From assembly GCA_030390025.1 (NCBI GenBank), contig CM059432.1, positions 146,260,001 through 146,324,000 on the forward strand: 64,000 nucleotides of DNA, read 5' to 3'. Position 1 is the stretch's first letter. Each line of letters starts with the position of its first letter. This DNA is from Squalus acanthias (taxonomy: Eukaryota). This document shows positions 11,194 through 21,877 of the stretch, in pieces. The notes below the pieces were generated by a model that did no database searches, was not told where the DNA came from, and saw only the letters and a program-made list of their open reading frames with translations. The position numbers and the translations under genes were made by a program.

Positions 11194-11701
11194 GGGGTAA
11201 AAATTCAGTTGGTTGCGCCTCCCGTTAGCGCCTTAAGAGGGCGCTAATGGGGCGCAAAGCCGCTAACGCCCGGGCGCAGCGATGTTTGCGCCGCTCGGGA
11301 ACTTAACTAGAGATTGTGCGGCGGCGCTAAAACTTACCGCTGCGACCACCTGCGCGCGCAGATTGTGACGTCATTCCATGGTGCAACGACCTTGTGGCGC
11401 CCCGGAGCGGAAATTGAGTGGCGCCCCCTGCCTTACCGCCTGGCGCATCCAACGACCTGAAGACTGGAACGCTATCAATCGCTGTGGGGCTGGGGGGGGG
11501 CGCTATTTAAAGGGGGCCTCTTCCTGTCTTTTTCTGTGGTCGACATTTTTGCACCACTCGTTCTGAGAGAGAGAGATTTGGAGAGAGAGAAAGAGAGACT
11601 TCTGCATTGACTCAACGCTTTGTGAGGTAGTTTTGCCTATTGATCCTAACTTCGCTAGTACTTTAGTTGCTGTCCTTCATTACTTTGCTTGCAAAGAGTA
11701 T

Positions 11702-12862
11702 ATGGGGGCTGCACTGATTGGGGACGTCGTCCTGCTCCAGCTGAATCGGAGGATACAGAGACGCAGAGAGAGAGTGGCAATGATGGCCAGACGGAGGAGG
11801 GCCAACAGGCGTATGTACAGGAGAGCTTACCCTCCCAGGGTATATCGTGAACAGCTCTCCTACATCCATATGTCTGAGGAGCTGTGTTTGCGAAGGCTGC
11901 GATTCAGCAAGGAGGTGGTCACTGAGCTCTGCCACCTGCTGCAGCCAGATCTGCAGCCTCAACTGAGGTCCAGGACGTCTCTGTCGGTGGCAGTGAAGGT
12001 CACAGTGGCTCTCAACTTTTACGCTACTGGCTCATTTCAAGCTGCTGCTGGGGACCTCGCCAATATCTCCCAGTTCGCGGTGCATTGCTGCATCCGGCAG
12101 GTCACAAATGCCCTCTTTAAAAGGAGACGAGAGTTCATCTCTTTCCCCATGACCCCAGACAAGCAGCATGACCGCGCTCTGGGCTTTGCGAGGGTAGCGG
12201 GCTTCCCCATGGTGCAGGGCGCCATTGACTGCACGCATGTGGCTTTGCGTGCTCCGCATGAGAATGCCAAGGCATTCCGGAACAGAAAGGGGTTCCATTC
12301 CTTGAATGTTCAGTTGGTCTGTGACCACAGACAGCTGATACTCACTGTCAATGCCCACTATCCTGGCAGCTGCCACGATGCTTTTATCCTGCGCCAGACT
12401 ACTGTGGCAGAACTTTTTGAGGCACCGCATCAGCCAGTTGGTTGGCTTCTCGGGGACAAGGGGTATGCATTGAGCACCTGGCTGATGACACCGCTCCGTA
12501 CGCCCAACACCCCTGCTGAGCTGCGGTACAATGAGAGCCATCAAGCTACCAGGAACATAATTGAGCGCACAATCGGCGTGCTGAAGCAACGGTTCCGCTG
12601 TCTCGACCATTCTGGAGGAGCCCTGCAGTACTCGCCTGAGCGAGTATCGAACTTCGTAGTCGTGTGCTGCATGTTGCATAACATGGCAATCCTCAGGACC
12701 CAGCCAATGCCACCAGGCCTTGGAGCACCACCAGAGGAGGAGGAGGAAGAGGAGGAAGAGGACGAGGAGGATGATCATCAGCAGCACCAAGGCGGGAGGG
12801 CGGCCCACAATGGTCAAACTGCAAGGGCCGTCCGTCAACGGCTAATAGCAAGCCGCTTCTAG
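11702..12862 (+). CDS. Harbinger DDE transposase (HARBI1-like), 386 aa, uninterrupted
   Basis: HTH region (ALNFYATGSFQ...ISQFAV), GAIDCTH, NRKGFHSLNVQLVCD, PGSCHDA, LLGDKGY, RNIIERTIGVLKQRFRCL, CCMLHN; MGA start shared with copies 2 and 3. Confidence 0.95.
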   Translation: MGAALIGDVVLLQLNRRIQRRRERVAMMARRRRANRRMYRRAYPPRVYREQLSYIHMSEELCLRRLRFSKEVVTELCHLLQPDLQPQLRSRTSLSVAVKVTVALNFYATGSFQAAAGDLANISQFAVHCCIRQVTNALFKRRREFISFPMTPDKQHDRALGFARVAGFPMVQGAIDCTHVALRAPHENAKAFRNRKGFHSLNVQLVCDHRQLILTVNAHYPGSCHDAFILRQTTVAELFEAPHQPVGWLLGDKGYALSTWLMTPLRTPNTPAELRYNESHQATRNIIERTIGVLKQRFRCLDHSGGALQYSPERVSNFVVVCCMLHNMAILRTQPMPPGLGAPPEEEEEEEEEDEEDDHQQHQGGRAAHNGQTARAVRQRLIASRF

Positions 12863-13156
12863 GGCCCCTGCCATTGCTAACAACATTAATGAACCCAGCA
12901 CGCAACCCCTAAGCCGGCCAAGGCACCAATAATTCCAACCACCAACCATGTATATTTTGAATACAGAAACTTATTTATTTTACAAACTCTGTGTGTGTCA
13001 ATTCCTCATGACAAACTCATAGAAATAAACACAAAAAAACAGTCAATAACATAACTGGTTCTCACAACCTGGAGATAATGTCCAAAACACTAAACAAAAG
13101 TTGGACCATGAACCTCGAACTTTAATAAAAAAATGACCAGCATTTTGTCACACCTC

Positions 13157-14976
13157 CTACTTTTTGCCCTTCGAGGGTGATCTCCTTCCCTTGCGCACTT
13201 CCCCCCTTCTAACCCTACTGCTCCTCCGTAATGGGACCTCAGTGGCTGCAGCAAGGCTGGTGGAAGGCTGCTGCTCGTCAGACCCTGACACTGCAGATGC
13301 CCCTGAAGGACGGCCTCGACCAGTTCTGGGCCTGGAGGGCCCGGCTGCAGACTGCACCAACTCTGCATGGGCGGCAGCAGTCTGTCCTACAGGCGGTGGC
13401 AAGTGCAGTGGAGAAGTGACAGTGTTGGCAGCAGGAATGCTGTCATCGTGAGAGAGGACAGCAACTCCCTGCTCGCCCGACACACTGGCACTCCCACGGG
13501 GCAGCACTTCAGCATCCGGAGCAATCTGCTGGAGAACAGATTGCTGGCCTGCTGCGGCGCGGTGACAGCCCCGGGGACATGTGCATGAACCATCGAGGTT
13601 GGCAGCAGTCTGTGCTCGCGTGGCCTCAATCTGAGTCTGCATGAGAGCAGTCAGAGATGGGATCACGGCAGCCAGTGACTGAATTGCAGCACTAAGCGTT
13701 AGTGTGGCATCCGCCTGTGCTACAGCGAAGTGCTCCACACTCCTTGCCAGTGACTCAATGCATTCGGGCACCCTTCCCACTGCACCCATGAGCTCAGTGT
13801 GCATGCCCACCGCCTGGGTGTTCATTTCTGCGATCAGCCGCTCCTCCTCTGCGTCCATTGCAGTAGGAGTGTCTGGCATACTCTCCCTCTGGGGAGAAGG
13901 CCCCCGTTCTTCCCTACCCCCATGGCGTTGCTGCAGCCCGCTGGGTCCTGGAGCTTCACCCTCATCAGACCCTTCCCCCCTGCTCCCCTCCAGGGAAGGC
14001 GTGTTCCCAGTGTGGGCATGGGCTTCCTCGGGAGAGGGTGGCACTGATGCTCCGGCTTCCTCTTCCTCCTCGGCTGCAGCATCACTCCCAGTGGCAGCTT
14101 CAGGGCCCGTCTCCTCAGCTGGTGAATCACCATCTGAAAGCAGGGAGGTACAAGAGTGGCTTTAGCGTGAGGACAGGGTGGCAGTAAGGGAGGAATAAGT
14201 GCAGCGAGTTAGCAAGTTGGATTGAAAGTGTCAAAGGCTGGTGTTGTGAGGGACAAGTGGAAGGACAGAGGACAAAAAGGTGATGACCTTACCATTGCTG
14301 TCCAGAACGGGGTCGGCGTCTCCAGTGGCGACAGGACCGATCACCCGGCTTGCCACGATCCTGTGGACGCGCTCCTCAAGATCGCTGAGGGGTTGCAGCT
14401 GAGGCCGCCCTCCACCTGTCCGTTGCTGCTGTCTCCGATTATGCGCCAGCTTGGCCTGTAAGAAAAAGGACAGCATCTGAGTAAATATACAGCCATGGTC
14501 TTGCCTGATGTACCTCCCATAGGTGAATAGCCCTTACTGTATGCAGCCATGGTCTTGCCTGATGTGCCTCCCATAGGTGACTAGCCCTTACTGTATGCAA
14601 AGTGTGGAATGTGTGTGTGTGTTTCATGAAAGGGCCATAGGTGTTGGATGAGTGTTGTGCATTGGGGTTTTAAGACCCTCTGGCCATAGAGTGAGGTTGA
14701 GATGGAGGGATGGAGAGGTATTGAGAAAAAGCCACTCACCCTGACGACCCGAGTGAGGTCGTTGAACTTTTTGCGGCATTGAGTATGGGTCCTGGGCACC
14801 ATGCTCCTGGAGGAGATGCTCTGAGCCACCTCCCTCCACACTCTTCTGAACTCGCGTGGCAAAGGCCTCCTGCCACTCTCAGGGAAGAGCATACATCTTC
14901 TGCGCTCCACCGCGCCAACCAGAGCATCCAAGGCCCGCTCGGTGAAGCGATGAGCTCGTTCTCTCACCCTCTCCAT
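13157..14976 (-). CDS. Harbinger Myb/SANT-like (trihelix) DNA-binding protein; exons 14976-14740, 14455-14293, 14133-13157; 458 aa
   Basis: Exon 1 RFTERALDAL...W.EVA...RTHTQCRKKFNDL; GT-AG junctions in compatible phases (0, then 1); no stops in spliced frame. Confidence 0.9.
14490..14597. repeat. 54-bp tandem duplication in Myb gene intron 1
   Basis: CAGCCATGGTCTTGCCTGATGT(A/G)CCTCCCATAGGTGA(A/C)TAGCCCTTACTGTATG x2. Confidence 0.9.
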
Positions 14977-15335
14977 CCTTGGCAGCAAAATGGATTCACA
15001 GGTCTCTCCAGGCCGAGATTCAAGGCTGCAATGAGCAGGGTGTGGCTGGGGAGCAAGTTGGCCCCCCCCGCTTTAAGAAGTGGCCGGCGCCAGTGTGTCT
15101 GTGTTCCCTCGCTAACTGGCAACAGCTGCGCTGCGCTCGCGCTCTGAGTTAGCGCCTCACTGCTCGGCCTTTGCGCCTTAAGACAGGTGTGCAGCGCCTG
15201 ATTTAGCGCTCCACTCACCTCCCGGGGCGGTAAAAGTGAAGTTTCCAGTCAGTGCCGATAATTAGCGCCAGGCGCTAATATTTGCGTCCAGACGATATTT
15301 GCGCCCCAAATGGGGCGCGACCTAATTTTTCCCCC

Positions 15336-15860
15336 TTGGTCTCCTAACCTAAGGAAGGATATACTTGCCTGGTGTTCAACAAAGGTTCACTAGATCGATT
15401 CCTGGGATGAGAGGGTTGTCCTATGAGGATAGATTGAGTAGAATGGGCCTATACTGATGGAGTTTATAAGATTGAGAGGTGATCTCACTGGAAAGTATAA
15501 AATACTTAGACGGCTTCACAGAGATGATGCTGAGAGGCTGTTTCACTTTGGTTGGAGAGTCTAGAACTAGGGGTCATAGTCTCAGGATAAGGGTCAGCCA
15601 GTTCGGACTGCGATGAGGAGAAACTTCTTCACTCAGAAGGTTGTGAATCTTTGGAACTCTCTACCCCAGAGGGCTGCAGATGCTCAGTCGTTGAGAATGA
15701 GATCGATAGATTTTTGGGCACTAAGGTAATCAAGGGATATGGGGATAGGGCGGGAAAGTGGAGTTAATGTATAAGTTCAGCCATGATCTTATTGAATGGC
15801 GGAGCAGACTCATTGGGTCTTATGGCGCACTCTTGCTCCTATTTCTTATATTCTTATGTT
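15336..15860 (+). mobile_element. CR1 fragment, 3' part
   Basis: Continues WSPNLRKDI...; ends TTCTTATATTCTTATGTT. Confidence 0.88.
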
Positions 15861-16389
15861 CTGATGAGGGTTGTGCTTTATGCACTATATTCAGGGTGAC
15901 TTGGGGTGAAATCTGATGTGGGTTGTGCATTATTTAAAGTACTATATTCAAGGAGACTTGGTGAATTCTGACAAGGGTGGTGCTTTACAGTACTATATTC
16001 AGGGAGTTTTGGGGTAAATTTCTGACGAGTGTTTGCTTTATCTATTAAATACACCGTTACTTGTTTTTTGAATTGTGACAAAGTTTATGCATTATTTACA
16101 GTACTAAATTCATGGTTAGTTGGATGAATTATGATGAGCGTAGTGCTTTATTTACAGTACAATATTCAACGTTTCTTGAGGTGAATTCTGACAACGGTTG
16201 TGCTTTAGTCACAGCACTATATTCAGCACGACTTGGAGTAACTTCTGATGAGGGTTGTGCTTTATTTACAGTACTATATTCAGTGAATTTTGGGGTGAAT
16301 TCTGATGAGGATTTGCTTTTCAGACAGTACCATAATTAAGGTGAGTTAGGGTGAATTCTGATGACGGTTTGCACTATGTACAGTACAAA

Positions 16390-17420
16390 TAGAATCATAG
16401 AAATTTACAGCACAGAAGGAGGCCATTCAGCCCATCGTGTCTGTGCTGGCCGAAAAAGAGATAACCAGCCTAATCCAACTTTTCAGTGCCATGTTGGACC
16501 CAAGATTGGCTCAGTGGCAGGAAGCAAAGGGTAATGGTCGATGGGTGTTTTTGAGACTGGAAGGCTGTTTCCAGTGGGGTTCTGCAGGGCTCAGTACTAG
16601 GTCCCTTGCTTTTTGTGGTATATATCAACGATTCAGACTTCAATGTGGGGGGCATGATTAAGAAGTTTGCAGATGATATGAAAATTGACTGTCGTTGATA
16701 GTGAGGAAGAAAGCTGTAGACTGCAGGAAGATATTAATAATCTGGTCAGGTGGGCAGATAAGTGGCAAATGGAATTCAATCTAGAGAAATGTGAGGTAAT
16801 GCATTTGGGGAGGGCTAACAAGGCAAGGGAATACACAATAAATGGTAGGACACTGAGAAGTGTAGAGGAACAGAGGGACCTTAGAGTGCATGTCCACAGT
16901 TCCCTGACAGTAGCAGGACAGGTAGATAATGTGGATAAGAAGGCATATGGGATACTTTCCTTTATTAGCTGAGGCATAGAATGTAATAGCAGGGGGTTTA
17001 TGCTGGAACTGTATAAAACACTAGTTACGCCACTGCTCAAGTACTGTGTACAGTTCTGGTCACCACATTACAGGAAAGATGTGATTGCACTAGAGAGGGT
17101 ACAGAGGAGATTGATGAGAATGTTGCCAGGACTGGAGAATTTTAGCTATGAGGAAAGATTAGATAGGCTGGGGTTGTTTTCGTTGGAACAGAGGAGGCTG
17201 AGGGGAGACTTAATTGAGGTGTATAAAATTATGAGGGGCCTAGATAGAGTGGATAGGAAGGACCTATTTCCCTTAGCAGAAGGGTCAATAATCAGGGAGA
17301 ATAGATTTAAAGTAATTGATAGGATTAGAGGGGAGTTGAGGAGAATTTTTTTCACCCAGAGGTGTTGGACGTCTGGAACTCACTGCCTGAAAGGGTGTCA
17401 TAAAGTTCTATGATTCTATG
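16390..17420 (+). mobile_element. CR1 composite: inverted 3'-UTR piece (16390-16489, minus) plus plus-strand RT fragment and tail
   Basis: ATAGAATCATAG tail at left; GVLQGSVLGP, FADD, YCVQFWSP; TTCTATGATTCTATGA at right. Confidence 0.85.
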
Positions 17421-19859
17421 ACAACTTCAGGAAACACCTTGTGCACCCGTAGATGATGCTGCGTGTGATGGGCGATCTTGCAGCTTCCATTGCCGCACAG
17501 GCGGAAGCGACCCAAAGTCTCAGTGCTGCAGTGGAAGAGCAGACTGCTCTCCTGCAGGCTCAGCTTGCTGCCATGCAAGCTCAGACTGTTGCCATTGTCT
17601 CTTAGTTTACGAGTGTTGAAAGGGGCTTGCAGGATGTGGCAGCAGTCCAGTCCCAGTCCACCCTCCAACAGATTGCTAGGAATGCTGAGGCGCTGCCCCG
17701 GGAGCGTGGCGGTGTGTCTGTGGAGCAGGAACCTGCTGTCCTCTCTCAGGATGACAGCATTCCTGCTCCCACCACTGCCACTCCACCATTGCCCTTGCTG
17801 CTGCCTGTCAGCCAGCCTAGCCCAGACTGCTGCCGCCCATGTCGAGGTGGTGCTGTCTACAGCCGGGCCTTCTAGGCTCACAGCTGGTCGAGGTCGTCCT
17901 GCAACGCCATCTGCAGTCTCCCCCACTGCAAGTCAGCAACCTTCCACCAGCCATGCTGCAGTCACTGGGGTAGCACTGCGTAGGAGCACTAGATCTGGAA
18001 AAGGAACACAAAACACTGACACAAAGGAAATGCACAAGGGTAAATAGTTGATATTGTCATTGTGATTGGATTTTGATAAATTTATGAATTTTGTTTGGAA
18101 TGTGTGTTTTGTGCTGACTCTCATTTCAGCTTTGCACCCAGGAGGACGCTGTGATGTTCCTTGACAGAGGGATGGTATGATGGGGAAGTGGTGAGCAACA
18201 GAGATCTGGAGTTTCATTCACTGGAATCGGAGTCTGATGAGGCGCTTATGGACAGCCTGTCCAGAACGAGGATTTGCTGCCAGACTTCTCCCCTCCTCCT
18301 CCTCTACCTCCTCCTTCTTCCTCCTCCTCCTCCTCCTGAGGTAGTCCTGCAACCCCTTGTGGCAAGGACTGCGCCTTCGAGGTGGCTAAGTTGTGGAGCA
18401 TGCAGCAGACCACTACGAAATGGGACACCCGCTCCGGCGAGTACTGGAGGGCTCCTCCCGAGCGGTCAAGGCAGCAGAACCGTTGCTTGAGCACCCCAAT
18501 GGTCTGCTCGATGATGTTCCTCGTGGCAGCATGGCTCTCATTATATGAGTGCTGGGCAGGAGTGGTGGGGTTGCAGAGGGGAGTCATCAGCCAGGTGTAG
18601 AGCGATAGTCCTTGTCTCCAAGCAGCCAGCCTCGGGTTTGACGTGATGGCTGGAAGATTGCCGGCACACCAGACTGGCGCAGAATGAAGGCATCATGACT
18701 GCTGCCAGGATAGTGGACATTGAACATCACGATGCGCTGGGCATGGTCACACACCAACTGCACATTAAGTGAGTGGTAGCCTTTGCGGTTACAGAACATC
18801 TCAGCATTGTTACACAGTGCCCGCAAAGCCACGTGTGTGCAGTCGATGGTGGCCTGCACCATGGGGAAGTCCGCTATCCTGGCAAAGCCACATGCGCACT
18901 CGTCCTGCTTCTCTCTGCTCAGAGAAAAGGCAATGAAGTCCCTTCTCGTGGAGTAGAGAGCCTCTGTGACCTCCCGGATGCAGCAATGGACGGCAAACTG
19001 GGAGATATTAGTGATGTCTCCTGCTGCAGACTGGAAGGATCCATTGGCAAAAACATTGAGGGTCATGGTGACCTTGAGGGCCACTGGGAGAGCCGTCGTC
19101 ACCCTGCTCTGAGGCTGCAGGTCTGGTTGCAGGAGGTGACAGAGTTTTGTGACCACCTCCTTGGTGAAGCAGAGCCTCCGAATACACTGCTCCTCGCTTA
19201 AGTGGAGGTAAGAGAAGTGCTCTTGGAAGACCCTAGGTGGGTAAGGCCTCCTGCTGAGAGCCCTCCTGGTCCTCCTCCTCCTCCCTCTGCGAGCATCTTG
19301 TCCTCTTCTTCGTTGCCTCTGCTCCATCTCTGCTATGAAACTCGAGCGTGAGGGGAACTGCAAGTTGAGCCCCTATGACTGGGAGCAAGTGGTGTGAGCA
19401 GAACCCTTTAAATGAGAAGCGAGGCCTTCTCCACTTGCAGCAACACGCCCTGTGACCTCAGTAACTCTAAGCAAGTTTAGAAAGCTCCAAGAGTTGCAGA
19501 AACTTAGACAGAGCCAGTAGAACTGAAAAAGGATGTCAGCTGCAAGTTGCTGATGATGATGCCTTTGAATAGCGCTGCTGGGGAGTCCTTCCGGCTGCTG
19601 AACGCTTGCTCAGCTGGCCGTGATTACGAGAGGGCGTTGAATGGAGCAGCGACATCCAAAATGGCAGATCATGCGTCAAATCAGCGTTGCACACTCATTG
19701 ATGTCACGATCTGCCTAATCTAAATATCTGCAGTGAGCGCAGGCAACGGCAGCGCTGCTGACCTTCCCAAAATGGCGGCCACTTCGGGACCCGTCGGCCG
19801 CCATTTTTTCTTCAAAATGGGCATTAACAGCCAGCGCCAAACCCCCTAATTTCTAGGCC
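17421..19859 (-). mobile_element. Truncated, decayed Harbinger (copy 2), opposite orientation
   Basis: Frameshifted transposase 19376-18218 (start mutated to ATA); Myb exon-3 remnant 17421-18047 (+); single TIR-like end AATTTCTAGGCC at ~19848-19859. Confidence 0.9.
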
Positions 19860-19905
19860 GGTGTGTTTTCTGACGAGGTTTGTGCTTTATTTACAGTACT
19901 ATATT

Positions 19906-20270
19906 TTATTTTACTTTACTTTATTTATGGTGGTGGACAATTAAACAACTAACGGGAGGAGGAGGCGCCATGAATATTGCCAGGATCAATGATGGGGGAG
20001 CCCGGGGAGCGAGTGCAAAAGGCAAGGCTGAAGCATTCACAACCATCTTCAGCCAGAAGTGCCGAGTGGATGATCCATCTCAGCCTCTACCCGAGGTCCC
20101 CACCATCACAGAAGCTTGGGCTGATAAGTGGCAAGTAACATTCGCACCACACAAGTGCCAGCCAATGACAAGAGAGAGTCTAACCACCGCCCCTTGACAT
20201 TCAATGGCATTACCATCGCCGAATCCCCCACCATCAACATCCTGGGGGGTCACCATTGACTAGAAACCTA
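19906..20270 (+). mobile_element. Internally deleted LINE-B fragment
   Basis: WWWTIKQLTGGGG...EVPTITEA joined directly to WADKWQVTF; flanked by ACTATATT on both sides. Confidence 0.8.
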
Positions 20271-20658
20271 ACTATATTCAGGGTGAAGAGTTGAATTCTG
20301 ACTGGTGTTGTCCTTTGTGTACAGTCCTATATTCAGGGTGACTTGTGTTTCATTCTGTCGAGGTTGTCCTTTATATACTATATTCCGGGTGACTGGGTAA
20401 ATTCTGACGAGGGATGTGCTTTATTTACAGTATTATATTCAGCATGATTTCTGTGAATTCTGACGAGGTTTGTGCTTGATGTAAGTTACTATTTTAAGGG
20501 TGTCTTGGGGGTGAATGCTGATGAGAGTTTTGCTTTTTATACGATAGTCAGGTAACTTGGTGTTAATGATGATGAGTGTTTGCTTTATTTATAGTCCTAT
20601 ATTCAGGGTGACTTGTGTTTCATCCTGTCGAGGTTGTCCTTTATATACTATATTCAGG

Positions 20659-21003
20659 AAACGCTTCAAGGACACCCTCAAAGCCTCCTTGAAAAAGTGC
20701 AACATCCCCACCGACACCTGGGAATCCCTGGCCCAAGACCGCACGAAGTGGAGGAGAAACATCCGGGAAGGCGCCGAACACCTCGCGTCTCTTCGCCGGG
20801 AGCAAGCGGAAGCCAAGCGCGAACAGCGGAGGGAGCGCGCGTCAACCCAAGCACCCCACCCACCCGCCCCCTTCAACCACCGTCTGCCCCACCTGTGACA
20901 GAGACTGTAGGTCCGGCATTGGACTCATCACTCACTTGAGAACTCATTTTTAATGTGGAAGCAAGTCATCCTCGGTTCCGAGGGACTGCCTAAGAGAGAA
21001 GAG
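20659..21003 (+). mobile_element. RTE-clade LINE 3' fragment
   Basis: RFKDTLKASLKKCNIPTDTWESLAQDRTKWR and C-terminal CxxC...HxxxH; GA-rich tail; TSD ATATTCAGG (20650-20658, 21004-21012). Confidence 0.8.
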
Positions 21004-21219
21004 ATATTCAGGGTGACTTGGATTGAATTCTGACGAGGGTTGTGCTTGATGTAAATTACTATTTTAAGGGTGTCTTGGGGGTGAATGCTGATGAGAGTTT
21101 TGCTTTTTATACTATAGTCAGGTAACTTGGTGTTAATGATGATGAGTGTTTGCTTTATTTACAGTCCTATATTCAGGGTGACTGGGATTGAATTCTGAGG
21201 AGGGTTGTGACTTGAGTTG

Positions 21220-21603
21220 TGGTGTGTGCCGCTCTCCTCCGGGAGTGTTTGTGGACTCGCTCGCAGCTGTTTACGTCATTGTATCGGAACGAACTGCAGC
21301 ATCCCAAAGCTGAATGGAAAACTGGAAATTAAAATAGCACAGCCGTGGTTTTGGTGCGACGGTGTTTTTTTTTGTTGCAAAAAGGTAAAGTGAGCTGGAG
21401 GTTCCGCGCGGTTTGTGGCTCACTGGGACAGTGCAGGGCTTTATTGCAGACCCGACAGTCAGTCAGTCACTCCCTGGCACCTTGGAAACCCTCAACTCCT
21501 GCATTTCTGAGCCTTCCTGCCAATAAAGAGCCGGATATTCCAGGGAGAAGCGGTTGCTCCTGGGGCAGGTGGAGAAGACTGTGAAGGGGGAGAGGTGTTG
21601 GAC
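21220..21603 (+). promoter_or_regulatory. Probable promoter / 5' UTR of host gene (CpG-rich unique sequence)
   Basis: CpG enrichment, CRE/ATF-like TTACGTCA at 21271, directly upstream of candidate first exon. Confidence 0.45.
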
Positions 21604-21877
21604 ATGGGTTCTGTCACTTCAACACTCCTGAGGTCCAAGAACGCCGTGGTGCAGGTGAACTCTGGGCAGGAGAGCCCCGAGCCCAGCTCCTCCGGCTCGG
21701 TACCGGCCAAGCGCTGGAGCCACACCAGCCGCGGCGGACTGAAGCTGGAGCTGAGCCGGCGCAACCAGCGAGCCCAGGAAACTCGCTGCGAGCTTCTCAG
21801 AGGGGAAGAGACGCCGCCGCCGCCAGGCGAACTCGAACGCATCAAACCCATCCCCCGTATCTTGGGAAACCGGACCT
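21604..21877 (+). CDS. Probable first coding exon of an unidentified host gene (N-myristoylation-type N-terminus)
   Basis: GACATGG Kozak context, MGSVTSTLLRSKNAVVQV...IKPIPRILGNRT, GC/CpG-rich with GC3-biased codons, followed by GTAAGT donor at 21878 (phase 1) and an abrupt AT-rich shift. Confidence 0.65.

Larger units (their letters stand above)
11194..15335 (+). mobile_element. Full-length PIF/Harbinger DNA transposon, apparently autonomous (copy 1)
   Basis: TIRs GGGGTAAAAATT / AATTTTTCCCCC (11/12), 3-bp TSD TTG (11191-11193, 15336-15338); removal restores the CR1 host sequence; two convergent genes. Confidence 0.95.
15859..21210. repeat. ~54-57-bp degenerate minisatellite (about 20 units) fragmented by TE insertions
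   Basis: Consensus GAATTCTGAYGAGGGTTGTGCTTTATTTACAGTACTATATTCAGGGTGACTTGGGGT; blocks at 15859-16388, 19861-19905, 20271-20658, 21004-21210. Confidence 0.85.

Noticed and set aside
11633..11701. TTG-initiated N-terminal extension of the transposase
   Set aside because: Not conserved in copies 2 and 3, which align from the MGA start
12032..12838. 268-aa antisense ORF and similar antisense ORFs over TE genes
   Set aside because: Shadow frames of GC-rich coding sequence
11633..12862. Host HARBI1 gene
   Set aside because: Lies inside TIRs with a TSD and a Myb partner, inserted in a CR1; it is a transposon gene rather than the domesticated locus
15859..21210. CTGATGA/CTGACGA in each minisatellite unit as hammerhead core or C/D-box snoRNA array
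   Set aside because: No GAAA after a stem II, no terminal stems, and the motif is degenerate in many units
21604..21877. Assignment as CYS1, LZTS-family or NPHP3
   Set aside because: Only the generic MG..S start and vague composition match; no diagnostic motif recognised
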